A DNA stretch of 64,000 nucleotides from IMG/VR virus record IMGVR_UViG_3300042897_000742, positions 29,872-93,871 of that record; one strand, given 5' to 3'. This document shows, piece after piece, positions 19,276 to 28,119 of the stretch. The notes beneath the pieces were generated by a model, which was not told the DNA's origin, made no database searches, and was given only the letters and a program-made list of their open reading frames with translations. Position numbers and translations under genes: made by a program. The first letter of the stretch is position 1, and each line of letters begins with the position of its first letter. Source of the DNA: a virus.

Positions 19276-19991
19276 AAAAGACAATTATAATTATCCCTGC
19301 AAGATGGGGATCAACTAGACTACCTGCAAAACCACTTGTTAAGATCTTAGATAAAATAATGATCCAATGGGTTTATGAAGAATGTAAAAAATCATTGGCG
19401 GATGAAGTCTATGTGGCAACAGACGATGAAAGAATCCGCACTAAGGTTAATGAATTTGGTGGTAAATGTATAATGACAGGTGAATGTAAAACCGGAACAG
19501 ATCGTGTATTAGAAGCTGCTAAAGATCTATCATATGATATTCTTATAAACATACAAGGCGATGAACCTGGTATATCATTTAGAGATATTAACTCTCTTAT
19601 TAATCTGGCAAATAGAAACACACAATCAGTTTCTACATTATCATCTCTTTTATCCAAAGAAGAACTAACCAATAGAAATGTAGTAAAACTCATTAAGTCT
19701 GGTAAAAAGGTTGTAATGTTTACCAGGAGCAGTTCTTATCTTTTTAGTCCTGATGTAGAAAAGCATATTGGGGCATATGCATTTCCTAAGGAGATTGCAG
19801 AAAAGATAGGAAAGCTTAAAACACAAACAGAAAATGAGATTGCAGAATCTTTAGAACAGTTAAGATGGGCAGATTCTGGAATATCATTTGTATGTAATAC
19901 AGTTCTTCATGCTGCAAAGGGTGTTGATACACCAGAAGACTTAAAAATGATTGAAACATATCTTAAACAAAATAGAAAACAATCAATATAA
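19272..19991 (+). CDS. kdsB: 3-deoxy-manno-octulosonate cytidylyltransferase
   Basis: IPARWGSTRLPAKPL, TGTDR, NIQGDEP, ESLEQLR and GVDTPED. Confidence 0.92.
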   Translation: MKKTIIIIPARWGSTRLPAKPLVKILDKIMIQWVYEECKKSLADEVYVATDDERIRTKVNEFGGKCIMTGECKTGTDRVLEAAKDLSYDILINIQGDEPGISFRDINSLINLANRNTQSVSTLSSLLSKEELTNRNVVKLIKSGKKVVMFTRSSSYLFSPDVEKHIGAYAFPKEIAEKIGKLKTQTENEIAESLEQLRWADSGISFVCNTVLHAAKGVDTPEDLKMIETYLKQNRKQSI

Positions 19992-20007
19992 AACTAAATA
20001 CCGTATT

Positions 20008-20235
20008 ATGCAACAACAAATGAATCTAGATATTAATAATACAACTGAGATTGTCTGTGAGAGTTGTGGTAATAATACATTTAGACCAATCTTCTTTTTG
20101 AGAAGATTAAGTCCACTTATTTCACCTGATGGCAATGCCCGTCTTATTCCTATGGATTCACTTGCATGTTTAAAATGCGATCATGTAAATAAAGACTTTA
20201 ACCCAATTCCCCCTCAAATACAAACAGAAAAATAA
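20008..20235 (+). CDS. Zn-ribbon protein
   Basis: CESC...CLKC. Confidence 0.7.
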   Translation: MQQQMNLDINNTTEIVCESCGNNTFRPIFFLRRLSPLISPDGNARLIPMDSLACLKCDHVNKDFNPIPPQIQTEK

Positions 20236-20238
20236 AAC

Positions 20239-20814
20239 ATGGAAAACAACGAAAAAGAAGTAGTACAAGAGCCTTTAAAGAAAAGCGAATTAATTGCTAA
20301 ACAAAAGGAACTTATGGAGCTTAATGAAAAGCTTCTTAAAGAAATGCAGGAAAGAGAGTATACCATTGATCTTAACAACAAAAAGATTTTTGATCGTCTT
20401 GTTAAATTTCTTGAAAAGGATGCTCCTTGGGGTCATACCACTGCAACTGGTTTGGTTATGTTATATCATAATCTTCGCGAGCAGAAAGATATCATTATTA
20501 AGACAAAGGATTGGGATGGTAAGATCCAATTAAGATCTGCCAATGTAACTATTCTTTGGTCAATGGTTACTAAAATGACCGGAAATGGATTCCATGAAGC
20601 CAAAGCCTTTATTGAATTAATGGCTGTATGTGGAGAAACTTTGGCCGGTGCTGTACAACGTGCCCACCAAGATAATCAACAACTTCGTGAAAATCATGCT
20701 AAGTTATCTCAAATTGATGATCAATTAGCAGATCCTAATATCATCAATGATATTGAAGAATCCACAGAGACTGTATCTATTGCTAATGAAGTAGACCCAG
20801 TAACTGAAGCATAA
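20239..20814 (+). CDS. Hypothetical helical protein
   Basis: 191-aa ORF. Confidence 0.7.
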   Translation: MENNEKEVVQEPLKKSELIAKQKELMELNEKLLKEMQEREYTIDLNNKKIFDRLVKFLEKDAPWGHTTATGLVMLYHNLREQKDIIIKTKDWDGKIQLRSANVTILWSMVTKMTGNGFHEAKAFIELMAVCGETLAGAVQRAHQDNQQLRENHAKLSQIDDQLADPNIINDIEESTETVSIANEVDPVTEA

Positions 20815-21062
20815 TGGGATTCCACAAAAGATACATAGATAATCAACAGGTTATTCGCCTATTTAATGAAGGGGGGTCTGACCGGGTTATTAAATGGTAT
20901 ACCGGTAAGGTTGACTCTTTAATCCTAGAAACCGGACTAGCATCTGACATTAATAAGATTTTATCAGATGGTGAATGGACAATGTTTGGTCAGGCAAAAA
21001 TTGCCGAAGAAGTTACTAAACGGATTCATCAAGAATTAGGAATAGAAGAAATTAAAAAATAA
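20814..21062 (+). CDS. Hypothetical protein
   Basis: Coupled ORF beginning MGFHKRYI. Confidence 0.65.
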   Translation: MGFHKRYIDNQQVIRLFNEGGSDRVIKWYTGKVDSLILETGLASDINKILSDGEWTMFGQAKIAEEVTKRIHQELGIEEIKK

Positions 21063-21081
21063 GGGACTTCGGTCCCTTTTT
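21061..21081 (+). terminator. Rho-independent terminator with UUCG tetraloop
   Basis: AAGGGAC-TTCG-GTCCCTT-TTT. Confidence 0.9.
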
Positions 21082-21125
21082 ATTTCTCTATGTCATGATG
21101 AATAAATAAAAAAAGATATCCTAAC

Positions 21126-22007
21126 ATGAAATTTATTAAAACGTTTGTTAACTTCTTGACAGAGAAGAAGGAGGAAAAGGATTTTGAGGATAAAATAAAA
21201 GGTCATGGCTATTTTAAGGGAATATCTACTTCAACCGCCCGTAAGAAAATGGATCAGATGAAAGATCAGGCCGCTAAACCTGACGATGATCCTTCTGCTT
21301 ATAAAGAATTACCAGGCGACACTAAAGGAAAGAAACTTCTAAAACCTTCTAAACATACTAAGAATTATCAGGATCTTTATGCTGATGATGAAAAGGAAAC
21401 AAAAAATGAATCCATCATTAATTGGGAACTTTATCAACAACTAAAAGGTGGATCTACGAAAATTGAAAAAGAGCTTAAATATCAGATAGCTGAAAAGTAC
21501 ATAACTATAACAGCAACCGGACTTAATAAAGATGATAAAGCTGCTCTTATCAAAATGGGTGCAAATGTTACTATGATGGGCCCAGGATGGTATATAAATC
21601 TTAAAGATACTGATAAGAAAAAGATATTGGATTATCTTAATAAAGAAGGTATCGAAGTAAATGAAAACATTAATGAAGAATCTGGTGGAGATCGTTCACC
21701 GATTGATAATGATGCAATTGAAACTGGGTTAAAGAAAAAGAGTGAAGAAACTGGAGTTCCTCTTCCACTCCTTAGAATCGTAATGCGTCGTGGTATGGCT
21801 GCATGGAAGAGTGGTCATCGTCCAGGTGCAGGACAAGAACAGTGGGGTTATGCAAGAGTTAATTCATTTTTAACCCAAGCACCAGGTACTTGGGGTCGTC
21901 CTATTAAAGATCCTAAGAAAGGTGCAAAGGATGCCTATGGTGCTGATGCCGATGTTGCACAAGAAGTAATTAAAGGTGGACATGATAAAAATTTAAAGAA
22001 AGGATAA
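21126..22007 (+). CDS. CTS-leader multidomain protein; C-terminal DUF5824-like domain
   Basis: MKFIKTFVNFLTE; KNES and NENINEE linkers; RRGMAAWKSGHRPG...QWGYARVNSF. Confidence 0.7.
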   Translation: MKFIKTFVNFLTEKKEEKDFEDKIKGHGYFKGISTSTARKKMDQMKDQAAKPDDDPSAYKELPGDTKGKKLLKPSKHTKNYQDLYADDEKETKNESIINWELYQQLKGGSTKIEKELKYQIAEKYITITATGLNKDDKAALIKMGANVTMMGPGWYINLKDTDKKKILDYLNKEGIEVNENINEESGGDRSPIDNDAIETGLKKKSEETGVPLPLLRIVMRRGMAAWKSGHRPGAGQEQWGYARVNSFLTQAPGTWGRPIKDPKKGAKDAYGADADVAQEVIKGGHDKNLKKG

Positions 22008-22453
22008 TGAAAACTATAAAACTTTTTGAAGAATTTAAAGAAGCAACTTCTTGTCCGGTACCAACTAAAGATTTAGAAGTTAATACCAAAAATCGTAATA
22101 GAGCAATTCATGCAGACTTTATTGATTATGGTCCTCTTAATGTAGATGAACCTGCTGGGTATTGGGAACATCTCGCAGATCATTGGAAAACTAGTGTAGA
22201 AGCTGCTAAGAAATCAACGTGTGGAAATTGTGTTGCATTTGATATAGCTCCTCGTATGTTAGATTGCATGCCAGGTGAAATTAGCGATGAAGATGGAAAG
22301 TTAGGTTATTGTTGGATGCATCATTTCAAATGTCATTCTGCACGTAGCTGTTATACTTGGGCAAAAGGCGGTCCTATAACTGATGATAAAGTATCATATG
22401 ATTGGCAAGAAAGAAATCTTGATGCTGCAAATAATCCAAACCCTATTAAGTAA
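22007..22453 (+). CDS. CTS-leader Cys/His-rich protein
   Basis: MKTIKLFEEFKE; CGNC..F and GYCWMHHFKCHSARSC. Confidence 0.7.
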   Translation: MKTIKLFEEFKEATSCPVPTKDLEVNTKNRNRAIHADFIDYGPLNVDEPAGYWEHLADHWKTSVEAAKKSTCGNCVAFDIAPRMLDCMPGEISDEDGKLGYCWMHHFKCHSARSCYTWAKGGPITDDKVSYDWQERNLDAANNPNPIK

Positions 22454-22462
22454 TTGTTAAAT

Positions 22463-23005
22463 ATGAAATTTGTAAAAAACTTTAATGACTATCATAAGGT
22501 ATCTGAAGGACTCAAGTATCATATAGAAAATGGTTTGGATTTAACCAACAGTGTTTATCGCTTAGGTTCAGATTCATATACCAATCTATTTGAAGAAGTA
22601 AAACAGTATTGGGATAAAGGTAATATCATTCTAAACGGAAAAAGCGGTTGGATGGCAAAAAACCTTGAAGTTGGAAAACCTGCTGTTTATAATGACCGTA
22701 AAACTGGAAGAACTACCAAAGTAAAACTCGATTCACCGGAAAGAGGTGGAAATAAAAAGTTTATCGTTTATCGTAATACAGGTCGTACTGATGAAAACGG
22801 TAATGTAATTGCAAAAAAGATTGAATGGGGTGATCCGAACCTTACTGTAAAGAATGATGATCCAGGCAGAGCCGCATCATTCTGGGCAAGACACGGTTGT
22901 GATAAAGCTGAAAAAATGGATCCTAATAAGGCAGGTTTCTGGGCATGCTATGGTCCAAGTCTGTTCGGGAAGCAGTTAGGTTTAAGTAGTACTGAACCTT
23001 GGTAA
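22463..23005 (+). CDS. CTS-leader conserved phage protein (ARHxC motif)
   Basis: MKFVKNFNDYHKVSE; WGDP...SFWARHGCD...AGFWAC. Confidence 0.7.
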   Translation: MKFVKNFNDYHKVSEGLKYHIENGLDLTNSVYRLGSDSYTNLFEEVKQYWDKGNIILNGKSGWMAKNLEVGKPAVYNDRKTGRTTKVKLDSPERGGNKKFIVYRNTGRTDENGNVIAKKIEWGDPNLTVKNDDPGRAASFWARHGCDKAEKMDPNKAGFWACYGPSLFGKQLGLSSTEPW

Positions 23006-23034
23006 ATAAATAAACAAATAATATAACAAAAGAT

Positions 23035-24390
23035 ATGAAACATATTCCTAATTATTCTGAATTTAAGAAAATTAATGAAGCCTTTGCTACTTCAATGACA
23101 ACGGTTCAGACTGATGCTAAATTAAATCAAGCGGCAGATATCATTACAAATTTCTTAAATAAGAAAACCGGTAAAGCATTTAAGAAATTCCCATTCCTAG
23201 TATATTCAGGTGGAACTCCAGGTATTATGCTTTATAGCGATAAAGATAATTCTGCTGTTAGAATCAGTGGCGGTTCAGGTCGTTTTCCTGGTGTTGTTGG
23301 TCAATTAGATTACTTCTCTGATGGAGCTTCTCATACGGCTGATTTTTCTGTTAGTAGTGAAACATTTCCAATCGTTGCATTACTTAATGAATTTGTTAAA
23401 TTAGTTAATGAACCTTCATATGCATCAGAAGTAGAATCATTAACAGAATCTACATTAAATGAAGCAACTAAATCGTTCTCTCCAGCTGAACAAAAAACAA
23501 TCTTAAGCAGATTGGATAAAGGAGAAAGCGGTGCTGCTATTGCAAGAGATATGGGAGTATCGTATGGTATGATTTTACAACTTAAGAGAAATGTAAGTGT
23601 ACCTGAAGATGAGAGTCCTGCTGTAAAGGCAAATGAATTAACATTACAAGATAAGGTTAAACTATTAGATGAAACGCTTGATGACCTTTATGAAATTACA
23701 AGAAGACTTGCCGCTGGCGCATTTACTTCTTTAATGGTTTCAGGTAGAGCAGGTACTGGTAAAACATTCTCCGTTACTAAAGCCTTAAAGGATGAAGGAC
23801 TTATTGAGGATGATGACTTTATCGTTGTATCTGGTGCAGTATCAGTTATTATGATGTATAAGAAAATGTATCAATATAGAAACCAGGTTCTGGTATTTGA
23901 TGACTGTGATGCTGTATTCCGCGATGAGAATGGCCGTAACATCTTAAAGGCTGCCCTTGATACTAAAAAGACTAGAAGAATCTCTTATCTTAAGAAGAGC
24001 GGATTAGTATTTGATCCTAAGGATTTTGAAAATAATCCAGAGGGTGAATTTAATGCAATTGAAAATGGATTAGTTCCTGCATATTTTGATTTTGCCGGTA
24101 GAGTGGTATTTATTTCAAACCTACCTAAAGATAAGGCTGACCCGGATGGGGCTATTCGTTCAAGATCAATCTTAATTGATGTTAATCCTGATGATATGAC
24201 TCTAATGGAAAGAATTAAAATTCTTTTACCGGATCTTGAACCAAGAGATATGCCTCTCAAAGATAAAGAAGAAATTTTTGAATTTATGAAACGTGCAAAA
24301 GACGTCTCAATGAGAACATTTGTTAAGGCTGCTGGTTTCAAACAGGCAGGTTTAAACAATTGGGAAAGAATGGCACAAAGATATCTATAA
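23035..24390 (+). CDS. CTS-leader protein with HTH and AAA+ ATPase domains
   Basis: MKHIPNYSEFKKINE; LTESTLNE linker; HTH SGAAIARDMGVSY; GRAGTGKT, VFDDCD and AIRSR. Confidence 0.8.
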   Translation: MKHIPNYSEFKKINEAFATSMTTVQTDAKLNQAADIITNFLNKKTGKAFKKFPFLVYSGGTPGIMLYSDKDNSAVRISGGSGRFPGVVGQLDYFSDGASHTADFSVSSETFPIVALLNEFVKLVNEPSYASEVESLTESTLNEATKSFSPAEQKTILSRLDKGESGAAIARDMGVSYGMILQLKRNVSVPEDESPAVKANELTLQDKVKLLDETLDDLYEITRRLAAGAFTSLMVSGRAGTGKTFSVTKALKDEGLIEDDDFIVVSGAVSVIMMYKKMYQYRNQVLVFDDCDAVFRDENGRNILKAALDTKKTRRISYLKKSGLVFDPKDFENNPEGEFNAIENGLVPAYFDFAGRVVFISNLPKDKADPDGAIRSRSILIDVNPDDMTLMERIKILLPDLEPRDMPLKDKEEIFEFMKRAKDVSMRTFVKAAGFKQAGLNNWERMAQRYL

Positions 24391-24393
24391 TAT

Positions 24394-25839
24394 ATGAAAC
24401 ACTTTAAATCATATAGTGAGTTTAAACTCCAGGAAAAGTACGAAGGCGTAGAGGTTAGTACTAGACGCTACGAAAGAGTACATGGTAAAAAACCACGTGG
24501 AAATGGAATGTGGGCATTTTACCTTGATCCAGTTGGTGATGAACCTATTTTTACTCCATCTGCTATGAATTATGCCGATGCCGTTAAATGGGCATCTCTT
24601 AAAGCCAGAAACATGGGTAAGAAAGTTATCTATGTTGGTGAATCACTTAATGAAGCATTAAAGATTGGTGATTTTGTTCGTTATAAAAAGGATAATGACT
24701 TTACTGGTGGAAAGATTACAGATCTTAAAAGTGGAAATGCAATTGTAAAAAATTGGGATGGATCCGAATCAGAATTTAAGCTAGGTGATTTAGAATATGT
24801 TAAATCATGGAATGAAGCCGAAAAGAGAGGTGATAATAAAATTTACTTCAATAAAATGAGCGATATTGACCATACTAGACTTGTTAAATGGATGGGAAAA
24901 AATTTAGATAGCGATTATAACGATTATAAATTTACAAAAGGTGGGAAAACAAGCACAGACACTCACACCCTAGACACTACTAAATTATCGGAAACCGAAC
25001 TTAAAGATTTAATCCACTACCTGGAAAGTCAAAGATATAAATTCTATACCGAAATTTGGTTACCTGCTTACGAAAGTGTTAATGAACGCGAATACACCGA
25101 TGAACAAAGAATGGATATGGCTGATAAAGGCCTAGCCTTACCTGATGGCAGCTTTCCAATTAAAGACTTAGAGGATCTTAAAAATGCTATTCAGGCATAC
25201 GGCCGCTCAAAGGATCAATCCGCTACTGCTAAATTTATTGTTAAGAGAGCAAAAGCTTTAAGTGCTGAGGATCTTATTCCTGATACCGAGGATTTTCAAA
25301 AAGCTTTAAAGGAAACTATTACTGAAGGTAATGCATTTCTTGCTGCTCGTGCAAAAGCCATCGAAGAAGATGCTGAAGAGTTTGAATTTAACGGTAAGAA
25401 ATATCCTGTTCTAAACAGACCTAAGAAACTTAATGAAGAGCTTTCTGATAATGATGCCTATAAGATTATAGATATAGGTTCAAAGTTTTCTAAGGAAGTA
25501 GGCGGTCATTTACTTGCAACTCAAACATTTGATACAGCAAACGATTTTGTTGATTATCTTCTCTCTGAATTTATTCCAAAGAAGGATCATCCAAAATTCT
25601 TAAAATCTGTTAAATCTCTAATGGAATCAGATTCATCAGAGGAAGATACCGACGAAGAATACATTGATCCAGCTACTTTACCACAATCGGTAAAGGACTA
25701 TGTTTCTTCTAATTATTCAGATGCTAAAATAACTAAAGCTGAAAGTGATGAAGATGGTTTTGAAGTATACTTAAGCAATGGATTAGAGCTCGTATTTGGA
25801 CCTGACGAAAAATTCATTAAAGCCGTAAAAGAATCTTAA
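24394..25839 (+). CDS. CTS-leader polyprotein-like multidomain protein with C-terminal PepSY-like domain
   Basis: MKHFKSYSEFKLQE; about 7 modules separated by hydrophobic-x-E linkers. Confidence 0.75.
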   Translation: MKHFKSYSEFKLQEKYEGVEVSTRRYERVHGKKPRGNGMWAFYLDPVGDEPIFTPSAMNYADAVKWASLKARNMGKKVIYVGESLNEALKIGDFVRYKKDNDFTGGKITDLKSGNAIVKNWDGSESEFKLGDLEYVKSWNEAEKRGDNKIYFNKMSDIDHTRLVKWMGKNLDSDYNDYKFTKGGKTSTDTHTLDTTKLSETELKDLIHYLESQRYKFYTEIWLPAYESVNEREYTDEQRMDMADKGLALPDGSFPIKDLEDLKNAIQAYGRSKDQSATAKFIVKRAKALSAEDLIPDTEDFQKALKETITEGNAFLAARAKAIEEDAEEFEFNGKKYPVLNRPKKLNEELSDNDAYKIIDIGSKFSKEVGGHLLATQTFDTANDFVDYLLSEFIPKKDHPKFLKSVKSLMESDSSEEDTDEEYIDPATLPQSVKDYVSSNYSDAKITKAESDEDGFEVYLSNGLELVFGPDEKFIKAVKES

Positions 25840-25841
25840 AG

Positions 25842-26435
25842 ATGAAATACTTTAAAAAATATAATGAATTTGTTACTGAAAAGATTGCATATCCTGACGG
25901 GGATAAATCTACAGGTGATAAGATTCTTGATAAATTTGCTAAATTGATTAATAGTCCATCTAGTACTGTTAATATTATGTCATGGGCGGTTCAGGGTAGA
26001 AGTATACCTTTTATGACTGGTACCGAATCATTTTCTGTAAATGCTAATCCATCGCAAGACTATTTTTGGATTAATACATCAAAGGGAAAATTTAGACTAC
26101 CTAAAAAAGATATCAAAAAGGCAGAAGAACTTTATGATGAGGTAGAATCTATTATACAGACAGGTAAGCCTAAAAGGAGTGTTGAAGAATCTCTTAATGA
26201 ATCTACTTCACTAAAGAATGCAATCGCTATTCTTAAAAAGGAAAACATTATGGCATATCCTAACCCAGAAGATTTGGCAAAAGCAATTCACAAACACTAT
26301 AAAGAAATTACAGGTAATAAATATGAAGATGCCGTTGAAATGTCAATGAATGATAAGGTAGCTGATATCGTATCATATTTTAAGATTGATGGCTCTGATT
26401 TTATGTCAGCCTGGGATAAAACAATAAAAGACTAA
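25842..26435 (+). CDS. CTS-leader two-domain protein
   Basis: MKYFKKYNEFVTE; VEESLNES linker. Confidence 0.7.
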   Translation: MKYFKKYNEFVTEKIAYPDGDKSTGDKILDKFAKLINSPSSTVNIMSWAVQGRSIPFMTGTESFSVNANPSQDYFWINTSKGKFRLPKKDIKKAEELYDEVESIIQTGKPKRSVEESLNESTSLKNAIAILKKENIMAYPNPEDLAKAIHKHYKEITGNKYEDAVEMSMNDKVADIVSYFKIDGSDFMSAWDKTIKD

Positions 26436-26441
26436 AAAATT

Positions 26442-26858
26442 ATGATTACATCATTTAATAATTTCGTAAACGAAAACTTTGGAGAAGCCCAAGACATTTA
26501 TGGTTCATTCTTCGTGGCTATGTTAGGCCTTAGAGATCAGGCTCATATTTTCCATTGGCAAACGGAATCATTTGCACAGCATAGCGCATTCGGTGGATTT
26601 TATGATTCATATCTCGACCTTGTTGATAAACTATCAGAATCATTAATTGGCATTCATGGAAGACCTTCTTTTATGGAGGCTGAAATTGAGTTATATGGTT
26701 ACAGTGAAGAAAATATAGCAATGTTTTTAGAAAAAGCATATGCCCTATTCTTAGGTCAAGGTACTGAATTGGCCGGAGGTAATACCGAAATCAAGAATAT
26801 CATCGATGAGATTATTGCTGAACTTGATAAATTAAAGTATCTTCTTACTTTAAAGTAA
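26442..26858 (+). CDS. Ferritin/Dps-like (DUF5856-like) protein with CTS-like leader
   Basis: HIFHWQT...H.A....YD......D...E and KLKYLLTL; leader MITSFNNFVNE. Confidence 0.75.
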   Translation: MITSFNNFVNENFGEAQDIYGSFFVAMLGLRDQAHIFHWQTESFAQHSAFGGFYDSYLDLVDKLSESLIGIHGRPSFMEAEIELYGYSEENIAMFLEKAYALFLGQGTELAGGNTEIKNIIDEIIAELDKLKYLLTLK

Positions 26859-27160
26859 TGAAATACATTAAGGCATACGAATCATTCTTATTTGAAGGAA
26901 AACCTAAAGGTGCTCCTGATTGGCATGATAGTGATGCACCAGATGCGGAGGGTCGTTTTAAAGAATTAAATCCTAAAGATCTTGCTGCGTGGTTAATTAA
27001 GACAAGAAAGGGCGATCTTAAGAGAATAAGTGGTTCGCTAACTCAACAGGTTGTTTTTAACCGTAATGATGATCCTGCATATGCAGATAAAATGGAAAAG
27101 ACTCGTAAAGAAGTTTATAAACAATTAGGGAGAGAAGACCTATTAAATAAAAAGGATTAG
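26858..27160 (+). CDS. CTS-leader small protein
   Basis: MKYIKAYESFLFE. Confidence 0.7.
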   Translation: MKYIKAYESFLFEGKPKGAPDWHDSDAPDAEGRFKELNPKDLAAWLIKTRKGDLKRISGSLTQQVVFNRNDDPAYADKMEKTRKEVYKQLGREDLLNKKD

Positions 27161-27712
27161 ATGAAAAACATTGTCTTAGATAATTTACAAACAAATTTTT
27201 GGTTTAACTATCCTAATTTTTATACCGAGGTTTCACAAAAAGATTATAAGATATTTGTGGAGGTTGGTGTTTGGAAAGGTCATTCAATTTCTTATCTTGC
27301 AAAAAAACTAAAAGAATCTAAAAAAGATTTTAAAGTTTATGCAGTTGATTTATTTGAAAATACATCAAAAGAAGATTGGGGTTATCTAAAAGAAGTTCCT
27401 TATATTTATGAAATCTATAATGAAGTTCTAAAGAGAGAAGGTGTTAGAGATGTCATAACAGATATTAAAGGATGTTCTTGGGATATGGCATCTAAATTTG
27501 AAGATCATAGCATAGACTTTGTTTTTATAGATGCAGGTCATGATTATGAATCTGTTAGTAAAGATATTAAAAATTGGTTACCAAAGATTAAACCGGGCGG
27601 TATGATATCTGGTCATGATTTTTATAATTCTTCAGGGGTAGCCCAAGCAGTTAAGGAATTAGTTCCAGATTTTAGAATTAGTTCAGAAAAAATTTGGTTT
27701 AAGCAAATCTAA
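27161..27712 (+). CDS. Class I SAM-dependent methyltransferase (Methyltransf_24-like)
   Basis: VEVGVWKG.S, FVFIDAGH.Y and PGG.ISGHD. Confidence 0.85.
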   Translation: MKNIVLDNLQTNFWFNYPNFYTEVSQKDYKIFVEVGVWKGHSISYLAKKLKESKKDFKVYAVDLFENTSKEDWGYLKEVPYIYEIYNEVLKREGVRDVITDIKGCSWDMASKFEDHSIDFVFIDAGHDYESVSKDIKNWLPKIKPGGMISGHDFYNSSGVAQAVKELVPDFRISSEKIWFKQI

Positions 27713-27723
27713 AAAAGTATTAA

Positions 27724-28065
27724 ATGTGTTGTAAAAATTGTAAATGTAAAGATCTAACTGCATCTAAAATTATTGAGCAGATGGATGATACAAGAAAACC
27801 TTTTGTTGATACGAAGGTTGATAAGAACACAAGAATACGAAATTTTCACCCACAATACGAAGACCACTTATTTAAGTGGCATTGGGATGATGAAGATCGT
27901 TGGATTGAAGCCATCAGTGAAAACGATTGGCAATTTCAATTTGATGATGAACTACCACAATCCTTAGAACCTAATAAGATAATTATGATTCCAAAGGGAA
28001 TTTATCATAGACTAATTAAAGGTTCAAATATCCTGACTATCAAAATATCAGCTGTTCCTAATTAA
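27724..28065 (+). CDS. Cupin-like protein
   Basis: WHWD.EDR...WQFQFD..LP...IPKG.YHRLIKG. Confidence 0.65.
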   Translation: MCCKNCKCKDLTASKIIEQMDDTRKPFVDTKVDKNTRIRNFHPQYEDHLFKWHWDDEDRWIEAISENDWQFQFDDELPQSLEPNKIIMIPKGIYHRLIKGSNILTIKISAVPN

Positions 28066-28119
28066 AAGCCGGTCTTAAACCATTTTCAATCAATGAGTAT
28101 AATTAATATACATTGAAAC

